A stretch of DNA of 32,000 nt, taken from Candidatus Jordarchaeales archaeon. GTDB lineage: Archaea > Asgardarchaeota > Jordiarchaeia > Jordiarchaeales > Freyrarchaeaceae. The position numbers were made by a program, and so were the translations under genes. Shown here piece after piece: positions 15,766 through 25,577 of this stretch. The notes below the pieces were generated by a model. It saw only the letters and a list, made by a program, of their open reading frames with translations. It had not been told where the DNA came from and did no database searches. Each line of letters starts with the position of its first letter. The stretch's first letter is position 1. The stretch covers positions 434,499 through 466,498 of the forward strand of contig JAWAHN010000001.1 of the NCBI GenBank assembly GCA_038889235.1. The letters are read 5' to 3'.

Positions 15766-17672
15766 CTGTATGGTTCTCCTCCCAGCGGCGGTCCGGGCTC
15801 AACTGGTTCAGGCGGGAACATCTCTTCCGGAGGGGCACGTCTCATCTTGTAGATTGCGAACGCGAGAAGAAGTGCAGCTGTCGCCATGGGAACCACTAGT
15901 ATTACGAGCATCATTGTAAAGTAGAATGATGAGGCTTCTTGACTTAAGAGGTAGAGTAGCAGAAAGACCGTTGGACCCACGCCCTGTATCTTTACCTCAG
16001 CTATCGTCTCGTTGTTACTGTTAACGAACTTTATTGAGCCAGAGAAGAATGGAGCCATGTATGATGACGGGATGTAAATCGTGGCGGTAACAAACTTATG
16101 CGTGTTGTTAAGATCAAATGGTCCCCCCGGTGACAGAGTTATTAGGCTTGAAATACCGCCTTCAACTTCGACCTTCACGTTGCTTAGGCTATTGTCTCGA
16201 GCCAAACCGCCAACTATAGTGAAGTTTACTGTTACGAGTAACTGGGAGCCGAAACTAGTCAATCTAATCCTGGGAGGGGACACTGCCACTGGAACTTTTC
16301 CGCTGCAAAGCAGTTCGTAAGCTGCTGACACATTGACTAAACCACAACCCTGCGCATACGTATCCTCATCCAAGTCGACCGCAGTAGCCATGAGAGCCGC
16401 CTTCACCGTATGAGGAGTTAAATTTGGATTGTAGCTTAAAAGTAGGGCGACTGCCCCTGAAACGTGGGGGGTCGCCTGGCTGGTGCCACTCATAGCCACA
16501 TAACCCTGGGTATTGTTGTAGCTGAGAGAGATTATGTTCACTCCTGGAGCTACAAGGGTCACGCCTGTCCTATGGTCACGTGTTGGTCCACGGCTCGAGA
16601 AGGAGGGTATATAATAGGAGGGTATATAATTAGAGGATGTGACCGCACCCACACATATTGCGAATGCTGCTTCAGCCGGAGCATTTATCGTACCACTGTC
16701 AGGACCATCATTACCAGCAGCAGCGACCACAACGACTCCTCTTAAAGTAGCATTGTTAACCGCCAGACAAACAGGATCGTTAGGATCATTTATTAAGGCG
16801 CCAGCAGAAATAGAAATAACTTTAGCTCCATTATCCACAGCGTCTTGAATTCCTTCGATCAAGTAATTAAGGTCTCCTTTACCGTCTTTGTTTAACACTT
16901 TTATGTTTAGTAGTAGGGCGCCGGGCGCGACGCCGACATACCTTCCTTCACAGTATCCCGCTATTATGCCGGCTACGTGAGTCCCATGACCGTTAAAGTC
17001 AGCGGGGTCATTTTCGTTCTTGACAAAGCTACGGTTATATATTATCTTACTGGAGGGTAGTGCTTCATGGGTGTTTATTCCTGTGTCGAGGACCGCGACT
17101 TTGACTCCTGTCCCGTTTATGCCTAGCTCGTGTAAGCGTCTTGCGCCTATTTGGTCTATTCCTGCGGAGTAGGTTGTAGTTGCCTGCAGTACGCTGTGTG
17201 CTGTGCTGTGAATTTTGATTTCACGGTTATATGTCACTGATTTCACAAAGTCTAAGGATGCCATGTTTGCCGCCATCCCTATGGGAGCCTTAACCAGGAC
17301 GCCGCTTATTATAGTGTATGTTCTGAGCACCGTGACGGCTTCAAGCGACTTGAAGAGTTCAGCTCCCTCCATAGAGGTGACTCCTTGAAACGTTACGATC
17401 ATTTCGACTTCACGGTTCGGGTCTCCTCCGTTCATCAACGATGCTAATTCCGGATCGATTTTTGACACCTGGTTATTTGTTGGCTGGACGCCCGGTTGGA
17501 GTATCACTACGGCTTGAGCTGGTTGGATGCTTGAAGGCTGAGTTAACATGAGTGATGCAAAGAGGGTCAACAGTAGTATGATGAAAAACAACACCGAATT
17601 TTTTCTTCTAGCAGTCAATCTTGCAACCCCTTTCCACTTTTGGTTTCTCCTCTTTGATATGAGGAGGACCAT
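15747..17672 (-). CDS. Membrane-anchored subtilisin-like S8 serine protease (signal/TM, I9-like propeptide, catalytic domain, C-terminal TM, Pro-rich tail)
   Basis: Catalytic motifs VAVLDTG, GHGTHVAG, AAGNDG and SGTSQATP, with hydrophobic segments at both ends. Confidence 0.92.
   Translation of the reverse strand: MVLLISKRRNQKWKGVARLTARRKNSVLFFIILLLTLFASLMLTQPSSIQPAQAVVILQPGVQPTNNQVSKIDPELASLMNGGDPNREVEMIVTFQGVTSMEGAELFKSLEAVTVLRTYTIISGVLVKAPIGMAANMASLDFVKSVTYNREIKIHSTAHSVLQATTTYSAGIDQIGARRLHELGINGTGVKVAVLDTGINTHEALPSSKIIYNRSFVKNENDPADFNGHGTHVAGIIAGYCEGRYVGVAPGALLLNIKVLNKDGKGDLNYLIEGIQDAVDNGAKVISISAGALINDPNDPVCLAVNNATLRGVVVVAAAGNDGPDSGTINAPAEAAFAICVGAVTSSNYIPSYYIPSFSSRGPTRDHRTGVTLVAPGVNIISLSYNNTQGYVAMSGTSQATPHVSGAVALLLSYNPNLTPHTVKAALMATAVDLDEDTYAQGCGLVNVSAAYELLCSGKVPVAVSPPRIRLTSFGSQLLVTVNFTIVGGLARDNSLSNVKVEVEGGISSLITLSPGGPFDLNNTHKFVTATIYIPSSYMAPFFSGSIKFVNSNNETIAEVKIQGVGPTVFLLLYLLSQEASSFYFTMMLVILVVPMATAALLLAFAIYKMRRAPPEEMFPPEPVEPGPPLGGEPYRWPYDF
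16601..16630. repeat. Perfect 15-bp tandem duplication inside the S8 gene
   Basis: aggagggtatataat occurs twice and gives NYIPSYYIPSF in the protein. Confidence 0.9.
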
Positions 17673-17792
17673 TAGCCCATAAAATTTTTGTCTTATACCT
17701 TCCCTATGGAGAGAAAGGTTATTAAAGGGGGTCTGTGACTGCCTCTCATAACATTCCTCTTTTCTCTGTTTCCTTTAAAAGGGGGATCCTCC

Positions 17793-18449
17793 ATGGAAGC
17801 AGATAGGGTTAGGACGCTGTTCTCCCTTAGGGGGTACAAGGTTGTTGAGTTGAAGGAGACTGCCAAGGAAGGGCTTTTTGTTGTTGACGCTGAAAAAGGT
17901 GGGGTGAGCCAAAAATTTGTCGTTAAAGTAGTTCCGTCAAACAAGATAATTGGGACTGCTGTCGTCCGGGAAGTTAGGGAGAAAATTAAGGAGATTGGTG
18001 CTGGTAAGGGAATAATTGTTGGGGGTAAAAGGAGCACACCTATTGCCGAGGATATGGCTGACGAAAGCGGCATCGAGCTACTTGTCGATTACCCGCCCTT
18101 CAATATATTCGAGCATGAACTGGTCCCAAAGCACGAAGTTCTCAGCGAAGAGGAAAAGAAATTGTTGCTTGAAACGTTCCACGTGAAGGAAGACCAGCTG
18201 CCTAAGATAAAGGATACTGATCCAGCTGTCAAAGCCATAGGGGCTAAGCCGGGAGACATAATCAGAATAATAAGAAAAAGTCCGACTGCAGGGGGAACGG
18301 TGTTTTACAGGTATGTAGTTAAAGCAAGGTACGCTCCACAGATAGCCAAGGAGGAGATGGTCACCAGTAGGGGAGCATACATTTTCGCAGAAGAAGAGGA
18401 AGCTGTAGAAGAAAGGGAGGAAAGGGAAGAGGAGTGGGAAGAGCTGTAA
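17793..18449 (+). CDS. rpo5: RNA polymerase subunit Rpo5 (H) with an N-terminal RPB5-like extra domain and an acidic tail
   Basis: C-terminal [10 protein letters not shown]...[10 protein letters not shown]...[14 protein letters not shown]...YRYV, preceded by about 100 aa of alpha/beta domain. Confidence 0.93.
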   Translation: MEADRVRTLFSLRGYKVVELKETAKEGLFVVDAEKGGVSQKFVVKVVPSNKIIGTAVVREVREKIKEIGAGKGIIVGGKRSTPIAEDMADESGIELLVDYPPFNIFEHELVPKHEVLSEEEKKLLLETFHVKEDQLPKIKDTDPAVKAIGAKPGDIIRIIRKSPTAGGTVFYRYVVKARYAPQIAKEEMVTSRGAYIFAEEEEAVEEREEREEEWEEL

Positions 18450-18518
18450 TGGAAACCGACGCCTCCACCTTTTGAAGAGCTGTTCTCAAAAGAGTATAAC
18501 AGGTTTGAGTGGTGAAGC

Positions 18519-19193
18519 TTAAAGGGAGCCTAGTGTGAGCTCAGCATACTTTAGTGAGAGGGCTATTTGCTCCCGTCCCCTCTTGGTCTCTATGTCAAGA
18601 TGTCCTGGGAGAAGATATGTGACATTTAGCGCGCTTAGCTTTCTGAGGGAGGATATGAGTTGTTGCGGGTCTCCTGTAGGAAAGTCTACTCTCCCGAAGC
18701 TTCCACCGGTGAACACAGTGTCTCCGGAGAAGAGCATTTTTCTCTGGGGCTCGTAGAGACATATTGACCCGGCGGTGTGCCCCGGAGTATTTATGATCTT
18801 AAGAGAGAAGTCTCCTATTTCAATAATGTCGCCATCTTTCAGGCGCACGTGAACCTTCGTAGGGGTGAATGGGAGGCCGAACATATCGGACAAAGTGAGC
18901 TCTCCTCCCTTCTCTATGGACTCTGCCTCGCTGTGAAAAACATAAACTTCGGGGGAGGATTCTTCAACTATTTTAGAAAGGCCGCCGCTGTGGTCGATGT
19001 GCACGTGTGTTAGAACTACTTTTGCCACTTTCTTCATGTCTAACCCGTCTCTTTCCATTTGCCTTTTAAGGGTATTGTGGAATAAACCTGTCCCAGTGTC
19101 GATTACGAGGAGTTCACCTTGACTAGAAATAACGAAGACGTTAGAGTCGAACATTTGTCCCGGGTAATAGTAAACTCCGTCTGCTACTTTCAA
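18519..19193 (-). CDS. MBL-fold metallo-hydrolase (glyoxalase II-like)
   Basis: THVHIDHSGG, TPGHTAG, SGDTVF and PGH. Probable TTG start at 19193 after GGAGGA (track start 19262). Confidence 0.9.
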   Translation of the reverse strand: MKVADGVYYYPGQMFDSNVFVISSQGELLVIDTGTGLFHNTLKRQMERDGLDMKKVAKVVLTHVHIDHSGGLSKIVEESSPEVYVFHSEAESIEKGGELTLSDMFGLPFTPTKVHVRLKDGDIIEIGDFSLKIINTPGHTAGSICLYEPQRKMLFSGDTVFTGGSFGRVDFPTGDPQQLISSLRKLSALNVTYLLPGHLDIETKRGREQIALSLKYAELTLGSL

Positions 19194-19329
19194 GGTTTCA
19201 ACATCCTCCGACGGCTTGTCGTTAGCGAGGTAACTTGTTCCCCCTTCCTGGCTACAAGTCACCCAACAAGAATATATAGTTCACTCTCTCTTAGGAGAGG
19301 TAGGCTTTTTCGATTGGGGGGAGTCGGTT

Positions 19330-19797
19330 ATGCCTTTTCGTAGAAGGAATTTGGAGAGGAGGAAGGAAGGGGGAGAACTGAAGCTCGGCTTGGTTAGAGA
19401 GAAGTTAGATGCGATAGCAGGTATGATAGTGAAATACACGGGAGAGGTTGAGCGCAGGCTTGAAGTTCTAGAAAAAGTGCTTTTTGGATTCGAGAGGAGA
19501 GTTGCCGAAATCGAGGGGAGGGTGTCCTTGCTCGAAAAGAGGATAGAAGAGCACATTGCGGAGGGGAAAGTGATTAAGGTGCCATCTTTCTTAGTGGAGG
19601 AAGCTAAGGCGCAGCCACCATCTGTAGTGATCGGCGGAAAAGAAGAGGAAAAAATGGCGACTGTTTCAAGTAAAGCAAAGCAAGCTGTAGAAGAATTTGA
19701 TGATTTAAGAAAGGGGTGGGAAGTGGCTGGAGAAAAGGAGGGATTCACTAGTGTAATTGAGGAGTTCAAGAAGCTTCTAGACGACGAAGCGGACTAG
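19330..19797 (+). CDS. Hypothetical coiled-coil protein
   Basis: Heptad-like VERRLEVLE...VAEIEGRVSLLEKRIEE and an SD-like GGGGAG upstream. Confidence 0.6.
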   Translation: MPFRRRNLERRKEGGELKLGLVREKLDAIAGMIVKYTGEVERRLEVLEKVLFGFERRVAEIEGRVSLLEKRIEEHIAEGKVIKVPSFLVEEAKAQPPSVVIGGKEEEKMATVSSKAKQAVEEFDDLRKGWEVAGEKEGFTSVIEEFKKLLDDEAD

Positions 19798-19800
19798 CGC

Positions 19801-20286
19801 CTATATGGTCAGTAGGAAGGAGTTGGGGGGTGTCGTGAACCCTACAAGTTCATCCTTATCATCGAACATGGCATATACTATGCCGACTTCCAAATCTCGG
19901 TCTTTGTCGTAGACGTTGAGCAGCGCCCTAGCATACTTAAGCTTTCCTGCAGTGCGCTCCTCTAGGTATTTAACCTGGAAGTTCCCCCTGAAGAGCAGGG
20001 GGTATGCTATTATCACGCATACCTTTTTAGACAATATTTCGTCGTGAGGGAATGAAGCTATGTCGTCGAATATGGAGGCAACGCCTATGTGATCGCTGAA
20101 AGCAGTGTTTATTTCCGATATGGTGTAAATTTCACTCAGCGAAGCCAAGTCTCCTTTGAGAAGACGTAAATCCGAAGTCTTAGAGTAAGAGTCAAGTTTT
20201 TGAAGGTCTACTTGTATTTTCCACATCCAATTCTTGGGGTCAACTTGAAGTGTGCCGCTCACCTTCTTTTTCAGGTCAAACTTCAA
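19801..20286 (-). CDS. Hypothetical protein
   Basis: 161-aa ORF converging on the previous gene with a 3-nt gap. No recognised motif. Confidence 0.55.
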   Translation of the reverse strand: MKFDLKKKVSGTLQVDPKNWMWKIQVDLQKLDSYSKTSDLRLLKGDLASLSEIYTISEINTAFSDHIGVASIFDDIASFPHDEILSKKVCVIIAYPLLFRGNFQVKYLEERTAGKLKYARALLNVYDKDRDLEVGIVYAMFDDKDELVGFTTPPNSFLLTI

Positions 20287-20577
20287 CTTGTAGCACCTTC
20301 CCGGATTGCTTACTGGATTTTTAAAGTTCGGAATATTGAGAGGTTTCTTGAATTATTAAAACTTGTGGAAAGCTAATTTGTGGAAATGAAGTTTCCAGAC
20401 AAGTGGGATGAACAAAGTTCCGAGAAAAGACTGCCCGGTCGATTTGACCTTGTTGTGAAAATGGAGCAGTTCAGCTCTCCCTAGTTGCCATTAAGGCTAC
20501 TTTTATATCCTACGTGTAAACTAATTCTTACTAAGAGACAAATTGGGTTAAATGTTCTAGAAAAAAGGGTGGATTTC

Positions 20578-21357
20578 ATGCCGGAAGTAGTGAGAGTGTT
20601 GATGGACGAGTTTCACAATGAAGAAACCAGGCTTAGAGTATACGATGATCTAAAGAACACTATAGTGGGCACGTGGAAGATAGACTTGTATATAAACACT
20701 TCGGGGCCACTTACATCCAATCTTTTGAAGGATTATTCTGCGTTAGTGATTATAGGCCCTAGAAAGGGAGCGAGAGGAACGGAATTCAAGCTTGATGAAC
20801 TGCAAGCAATTACAGAATTCGTTCATGACGGAGGAATAGTACTGTTTACCCCAAGTTATAATAGCAAGGAGTATAAGGAAAACTTCGTCAACAAGCTGGG
20901 TATAGATTACCTTGGTGCAAGCTCTAAGATTGCAACGGATTTTTCAACACACCCATTCGTAAAGGGCGTTAGTAAACTGCAAGCGCCGTGGTTCAGGACT
21001 ACGCTAATGACTTTTGAGTGGCAGTCTATTGCAAGAGTACCTCTAGGTGTCAGGTCGTTCCCCGTCGTGGCGGTTAGGGATTATGGGAGTGGAAAGTTCG
21101 TTTATGTGGCAAGCACCATGCTGTTCTCTAAAAGCTTCCTCGGAAAATTCGACAACGACAGACTAGTTGAAAACATATTCACATGGATACGGGACTCGGG
21201 AAAAACCATCCTAGTTGAAGAAAAGAAGACGCAAGTGCCGAAGGGAAAGTTTATACAGACAGCGCCAAGTAAAAAGCACTGCCCGCATTGTGGTTACGAG
21301 GCACCATCATATGCTTTGTACTGTCCGAATTGTGGGGCTTACATTGGGGAGGAATAG
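20578..21357 (+). CDS. GldG/DUF4350/IFT52-N-like (class I glutamine amidotransferase-like fold) protein with a C-terminal double zinc ribbon
   Basis: VLMDEFHNE, LVIIGP...F...EL.AI.EFV..GG, GKFVYVAS..LFS and CPHCG...CPNCG. ATG 20578 preferred over the track start. Confidence 0.6.
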   Translation: MPEVVRVLMDEFHNEETRLRVYDDLKNTIVGTWKIDLYINTSGPLTSNLLKDYSALVIIGPRKGARGTEFKLDELQAITEFVHDGGIVLFTPSYNSKEYKENFVNKLGIDYLGASSKIATDFSTHPFVKGVSKLQAPWFRTTLMTFEWQSIARVPLGVRSFPVVAVRDYGSGKFVYVASTMLFSKSFLGKFDNDRLVENIFTWIRDSGKTILVEEKKTQVPKGKFIQTAPSKKHCPHCGYEAPSYALYCPNCGAYIGEE

Positions 21358-21513
21358 GAGTCAAGAATAGAGGCCGCGTCTAAAGAAATATTGAAGGTAT
21401 TTCCCACCTACCCTTTTTTCTCTAATTTTATTTGCTCCCAAAGAGGATAAACTTAAGTTAACAAAAGAGCTAATTTCAGTGAAAGGAGTAGTGATAAGTG
21501 GAGTGAAGGGGAG

Positions 21514-23319
21514 TTGATAAGAGTTAGCGGGGTTTTCGGTAACGGTCGACTTCTTGGGGTTCTTGATAAGAAGGGTGATATGAGGTGGCTTTCGTGGCCT
21601 ATGGTGGACTCGCCGAATCACATTGAAAAATTGGTTTTTAGATTTCACCGAGAAAGGCAAATTTACGATGCTTGGAAGCATAGTGCTAGCTACGTGGAGA
21701 GGACTAATGTTATCTTTTTTGTCAGCCGGGGTCGGGGTTTGCAGGTTGACAGATACGTTTTTGCCTTACCAGAGGATGATGTAGTTGTTTTTTACTTTAA
21801 CATTTTTGGAGGGAAAGGGGAACAGAGGGGTGTTGCAATAAATTTTTGGGGTCATTTTAGAGTGGCCGAGAGTAGTATAGGGAACGCCGCATTCTATGAC
21901 GAGGAAAAAGAGGCTCTTGTATTTTACAAGAAGGGGTATTACTTTGCCGTTGGAGGCGATAGACCTGTTAACGAATATTCCTGTTTTAGAGTGGATGAAA
22001 GGAGGGGGGGTGGTTTCGGGCGGAGGGCGGTAAAGGGAAAAGGTGTTTGCTATACGCTGGGAGATGTTGGAGGTTACCTAAAGTGGGATCTGGGGAGACT
22101 GTCTAGTGGGAGAGGGGAGGTCGCAGTGTATATTTGCTGTGGGAAGAACATTGACGAAGCAATTTCTCTTCTCAACGAAAAAACTAAGAGGCATGCTAGG
22201 AAGCATCTAGAAGAAGCCATTAGTGATGGAGAAAAGTTTACATTTAAGAGTAAGTTGTCCGGAGCCGCTGTTACACGCTCTTTACTGGCAATGCGTTTGT
22301 TGTGCGATCGTGGCGGCGGGATTATTGCTGCTCCAGAGTTTGACCCCAGGTTCCGGCGTAGTGGCGGTTACAGGTATGTTTGGGGGAGGGATGGAGCGTT
22401 CGTTGCCTACGCATTTGACATTGCCGGGCACCATGAGCTGTCAAGAAAATTCTATGCCTGGTGCTCTGGGCTCGAGAAAAAGAATGGTTTACTCTTTCAG
22501 AGGTACTGTTGTGATGGAACGCTTGCATCCCAGTGGAGGGAAGTCCAGTTGGATGAGACCGGAACAGTTCTGTGGGGACTAGAGAAACACGTTGAAATGA
22601 CTGGCGATTACAAGTTCCTCTCTTCTGTCTTAAACATGGTTGAGGAAATGGCTGATGGGTTGGCAAGCTCCGTGGATGAAAGAGGACTCCTATCGCCATG
22701 CTTCGACTTATGGGAGGAGAGGAAGGGAATCCACGCTTACTCTACTGCAGCAGCCCATGCTGGGCTTGAAAGCGCCGTGAAGATGATAGAGGAAGTGGGT
22801 GGAAGCGAAAAGGTGGAAGTGTGGCGTGGTGCGGCTCGTAGGTTGAGGGAAAGCTTTAATAACTTCTTTTGGAACGGGAAGCACTTTGTTCGAACATTGA
22901 ACCAGAGAGATTTGAAAGCGGACACGACACCAGACTCATCTCTCTTAGGGTTAGCGGTCCCGTTTAGTTTTGTAGAACCAACTAATTTCAAAATGAGAGC
23001 AACCGCAGAGTGGATTGAAAAAGAGTTAATGCGTGGAGGAGGTGTTTTGAGGTATAAAAGAGACAAATACTTTGGAGGGAACCCTTGGACCGTCACGACA
23101 CTCTGGTTGGCTCTCTACAAAGCGGAACTAGGACTGGAGGAGGAGGCTATGAAGCTGGCTGAGTGGTGTCTATCACACTCGAACGAACTTGGACTGCTTC
23201 CTGAGCAAGTTCACAGGAGGAAGGGGACACCGCTGTCGGCGACCCCGCTAGGATGGGCTCATGCTTTCCTCGTAATGTTTTTCGATAAACTGGGGGAATT
23301 AAAATGGCAGAGACGCTGA
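21514..23319 (+). CDS. Glycoside hydrolase family 15 (glucoamylase/trehalase-like)
   Basis: GGIIAAP, GGYRYVWGRD, QLDETG, DLWEE and LLPEQV. Confidence 0.92.
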   Translation: MIRVSGVFGNGRLLGVLDKKGDMRWLSWPMVDSPNHIEKLVFRFHRERQIYDAWKHSASYVERTNVIFFVSRGRGLQVDRYVFALPEDDVVVFYFNIFGGKGEQRGVAINFWGHFRVAESSIGNAAFYDEEKEALVFYKKGYYFAVGGDRPVNEYSCFRVDERRGGGFGRRAVKGKGVCYTLGDVGGYLKWDLGRLSSGRGEVAVYICCGKNIDEAISLLNEKTKRHARKHLEEAISDGEKFTFKSKLSGAAVTRSLLAMRLLCDRGGGIIAAPEFDPRFRRSGGYRYVWGRDGAFVAYAFDIAGHHELSRKFYAWCSGLEKKNGLLFQRYCCDGTLASQWREVQLDETGTVLWGLEKHVEMTGDYKFLSSVLNMVEEMADGLASSVDERGLLSPCFDLWEERKGIHAYSTAAAHAGLESAVKMIEEVGGSEKVEVWRGAARRLRESFNNFFWNGKHFVRTLNQRDLKADTTPDSSLLGLAVPFSFVEPTNFKMRATAEWIEKELMRGGGVLRYKRDKYFGGNPWTVTTLWLALYKAELGLEEEAMKLAEWCLSHSNELGLLPEQVHRRKGTPLSATPLGWAHAFLVMFFDKLGELKWQRR

Positions 23320-24047
23320 ACGCGGAGGAACTTGAAAGGTACTGTAGACAAATAGCTATCGAAGGATGGGGGGAGGAGGGGCAAAAACGGCTTAAGAAAT
23401 CGACTGTAGCTGTAATAGGGGTTGGTGGTTTAGGATCACCTGTTTCGCTTTACCTTGCGGCGGCGGGTGTGGGTAAACTGATTCTCGTCGATGACGGCAA
23501 AGTAGAGTTAAGTAACTTGAACAGACAAGTGCTCCACTGGAGTAAGGACGTTGGAAGACCCAAGGTTGAAAGCGCCATGGAGAAAATTAGGGAGCTAAAC
23601 CCCAAGGTCATAGTTGAAAGTATTAAGGGGAGGGTTAGCGAGGGAAACGTTTACGAGATAGTTAGGAAAGCGGATGTAGTAGTTGACGCCATGGATAACT
23701 TTGCGTCCAGAATGCTGGTTAACAAGGCATGCATTGACGAGGGGAAAGTTTTCGTTCACGCTGGGGTTTATGGATTTCAAGGTCAGTTGACGACGATAAT
23801 TCCAGGGGAGGGGCCATGCCTCCAGTGCATCTTCCCTAACCCACCGCCTGTTGAAGACGCTATCCCCGTGGCGGCACCAATCCCCGGTATATTGGGTTGC
23901 ATGCAGGCAAACGAAGTGATAAAAGTTGTGACGGGGATAGGTAGACCCCTCGTCGGGCGACTGTTAATATATGACGGGGAGGACTCCAGCTTTATCATCG
24001 TTGACGTGAAAAGAGAAGAGAAATGCCCTGTGTGCGGCGTCACCTAA
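23304..24047 (+). CDS. ThiF/MoeB/UbaA-family E1-like adenylyltransferase
   Basis: RYCRQI, VIGVGGLGS, SNLNRQ, DAMDNF, GPCLQC and CPVC. Confidence 0.92.
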   Translation: MAETLNAEELERYCRQIAIEGWGEEGQKRLKKSTVAVIGVGGLGSPVSLYLAAAGVGKLILVDDGKVELSNLNRQVLHWSKDVGRPKVESAMEKIRELNPKVIVESIKGRVSEGNVYEIVRKADVVVDAMDNFASRMLVNKACIDEGKVFVHAGVYGFQGQLTTIIPGEGPCLQCIFPNPPPVEDAIPVAAPIPGILGCMQANEVIKVVTGIGRPLVGRLLIYDGEDSSFIIVDVKREEKCPVCGVT

Positions 24048-24061
24048 TGAGTTGTGAGGCT

Positions 24062-24568
24062 TCACAATTTGGTTCCACAGTTTGGACAGTAGATAGCCCA
24101 TTCAGGGGGTTCAAAGCCGCACAGCGGGCATGCACGCTTTTTCAGGGGGGAATATTCCACTGTTCCGAAAACGTAGAACTGAGCTGCTTCAAGCGCACTC
24201 CAGATCTCGCTTTCAGCTTTTTCAATATTCCAGAAACCTACCACTAATGGGAATAAGAAGAGGAAGAATATGAAGCCGAAAAGGAAGAACAGTAAGGATA
24301 CCGTGATGGAAGCGACGGCTATAAGAAGCGACAGTGCTAGTGGGATTCTGCTCAGCCCTAACGAGAACTCGTAGTGTAGATCGTCGTATACGCGAGACAG
24401 GCGGAGGGAGCCCTTAACTCCAAGCCCCATGCGTAGCTTCCACTCGTAAACCCCAACTCTTTTAGCTTTCAGGCTGCTAAATGAAAGCTCGCGGTCGAGC
24501 GCGTCTGCAAAAGCATCTATGCGGCTTCCTCCGCCTACTATCACACCGCTATAGTTGCGCTCCATCAA
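24062..24568 (-). CDS. Membrane protein with a C-terminal double zinc ribbon
   Basis: Two hydrophobic segments and CPLCG...CPNCG. Confidence 0.7.
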   Translation of the reverse strand: MMERNYSGVIVGGGSRIDAFADALDRELSFSSLKAKRVGVYEWKLRMGLGVKGSLRLSRVYDDLHYEFSLGLSRIPLALSLLIAVASITVSLLFFLFGFIFFLFLFPLVVGFWNIEKAESEIWSALEAAQFYVFGTVEYSPLKKRACPLCGFEPPEWAIYCPNCGTKL

Positions 24569-24601
24569 ATGAGACCACCACTAGGCGAGACTTCCTCAAC
24601 T

Positions 24602-25093
24602 CTAATGCGTTTTCGATTTCTGTAAAGCTTTCGGGTTTATTTTTCCGTCTGGAAGGAAAAGCCCTCTTTTTATGACCTGTATGAGGACGCCGTGAGCATG
24701 CTTCGGATGGAAAAACACTGAAAAAGTTTCGCCTATAGGGTTTTCTCCTGCGATTGGAATACCGGCTTCCGCGAACCTTTCAACCACAGACTGCACGTCG
24801 TCCGTTTCAAAAGCGACGTGAAAGAGTCCTTCACCTTTCTTTTTGAGAAATCTCATAGTGGGCCCATCACTTATAGGCGACACGAGTTCTATAAAAACAC
24901 CATTGCCTAGGGGGATGAAAGCGTACTCGAACTCTTCCACTTCACCGCTACTAGAAGAGTAAATGCCGTGGTGCACTGTCACTTTATCATTTTCCATGCC
25001 AAGCGCGCGGCAAAACTTCGAAACTGCAGACTTTAAATCTTTCACCACAATCCCGACGTGGTGCAGGCTAAGCAAGCGCATTCCACCGCTCAA
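24602..25093 (-). CDS. VOC-family protein (methylmalonyl-CoA epimerase-like)
   Basis: HHVGIVV, IELVSP, GEGLFHVAF and FFHPKHAHGVLIQ. Confidence 0.85.
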   Translation of the reverse strand: MSGGMRLLSLHHVGIVVKDLKSAVSKFCRALGMENDKVTVHHGIYSSSSGEVEEFEYAFIPLGNGVFIELVSPISDGPTMRFLKKKGEGLFHVAFETDDVQSVVERFAEAGIPIAGENPIGETFSVFFHPKHAHGVLIQVIKRGLFLPDGKINPKALQKSKTH

Positions 25094-25257
25094 CAGCTCA
25101 AGTAAAAGATGTGCTGCGAAAAATGATAAAGCTTTTCATAAAGTGATGTACAACGTATCCCCTAGATAAGCTGTGGCTCCTTGTGCCCTTCAGCATTATT
25201 GATCGAAAAGTTAATGTGCTTGTGCCTCTCTTTGAGGACGCGTAAGAGGTGGTTGCA

Positions 25258-25575
25258 ATGGCTTCCGAGGTACTCAAGAGAATCAGAAATTTTGAAGCTG
25301 AAGCAGGAAAGAGAATTATCGATGCAAATGAGGAGGCAAAAAGGATAGAGAAAGAAGCGGAGGAGAAGGCGAAGGAGATAGAGAGCGAAAAAATTGAGAG
25401 AGCAAAGAAAGAGGCGGAGGAAAAGCTGAAAACGGCAAGAGAGGAGGCACGCAAGGAAGAAGAAAAAATTATTAGAGAAGCTGAGGAGGAAGTAGCGGCA
25501 ATTAAGAGTCAGGTGGAGAAGAAGCTTAAGGAGGCGGTCGAAGAAATTTTGAATTCAATACTGGCAGGGGGATAA
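25258..25575 (+). CDS. atpH: A/V-type ATP synthase subunit H (peripheral stalk)
   Basis: E/K/A-rich helix (LKRIRNFEAEA...AEEEVAAIK) immediately upstream of subunit E. ATG 25258 follows GAGGTGG. Confidence 0.8.
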   Translation: MASEVLKRIRNFEAEAGKRIIDANEEAKRIEKEAEEKAKEIESEKIERAKKEAEEKLKTAREEARKEEEKIIREAEEEVAAIKSQVEKKLKEAVEEILNSILAGG

Positions 25576-25577
25576 AG

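Noticed and set aside
16601-16630. 15-nt insert in the S8 gene as a third mRNA intron
   Set aside because: The minus-strand RNA there is U/C/A-rich with no helix partner. It is a simple tandem duplication.
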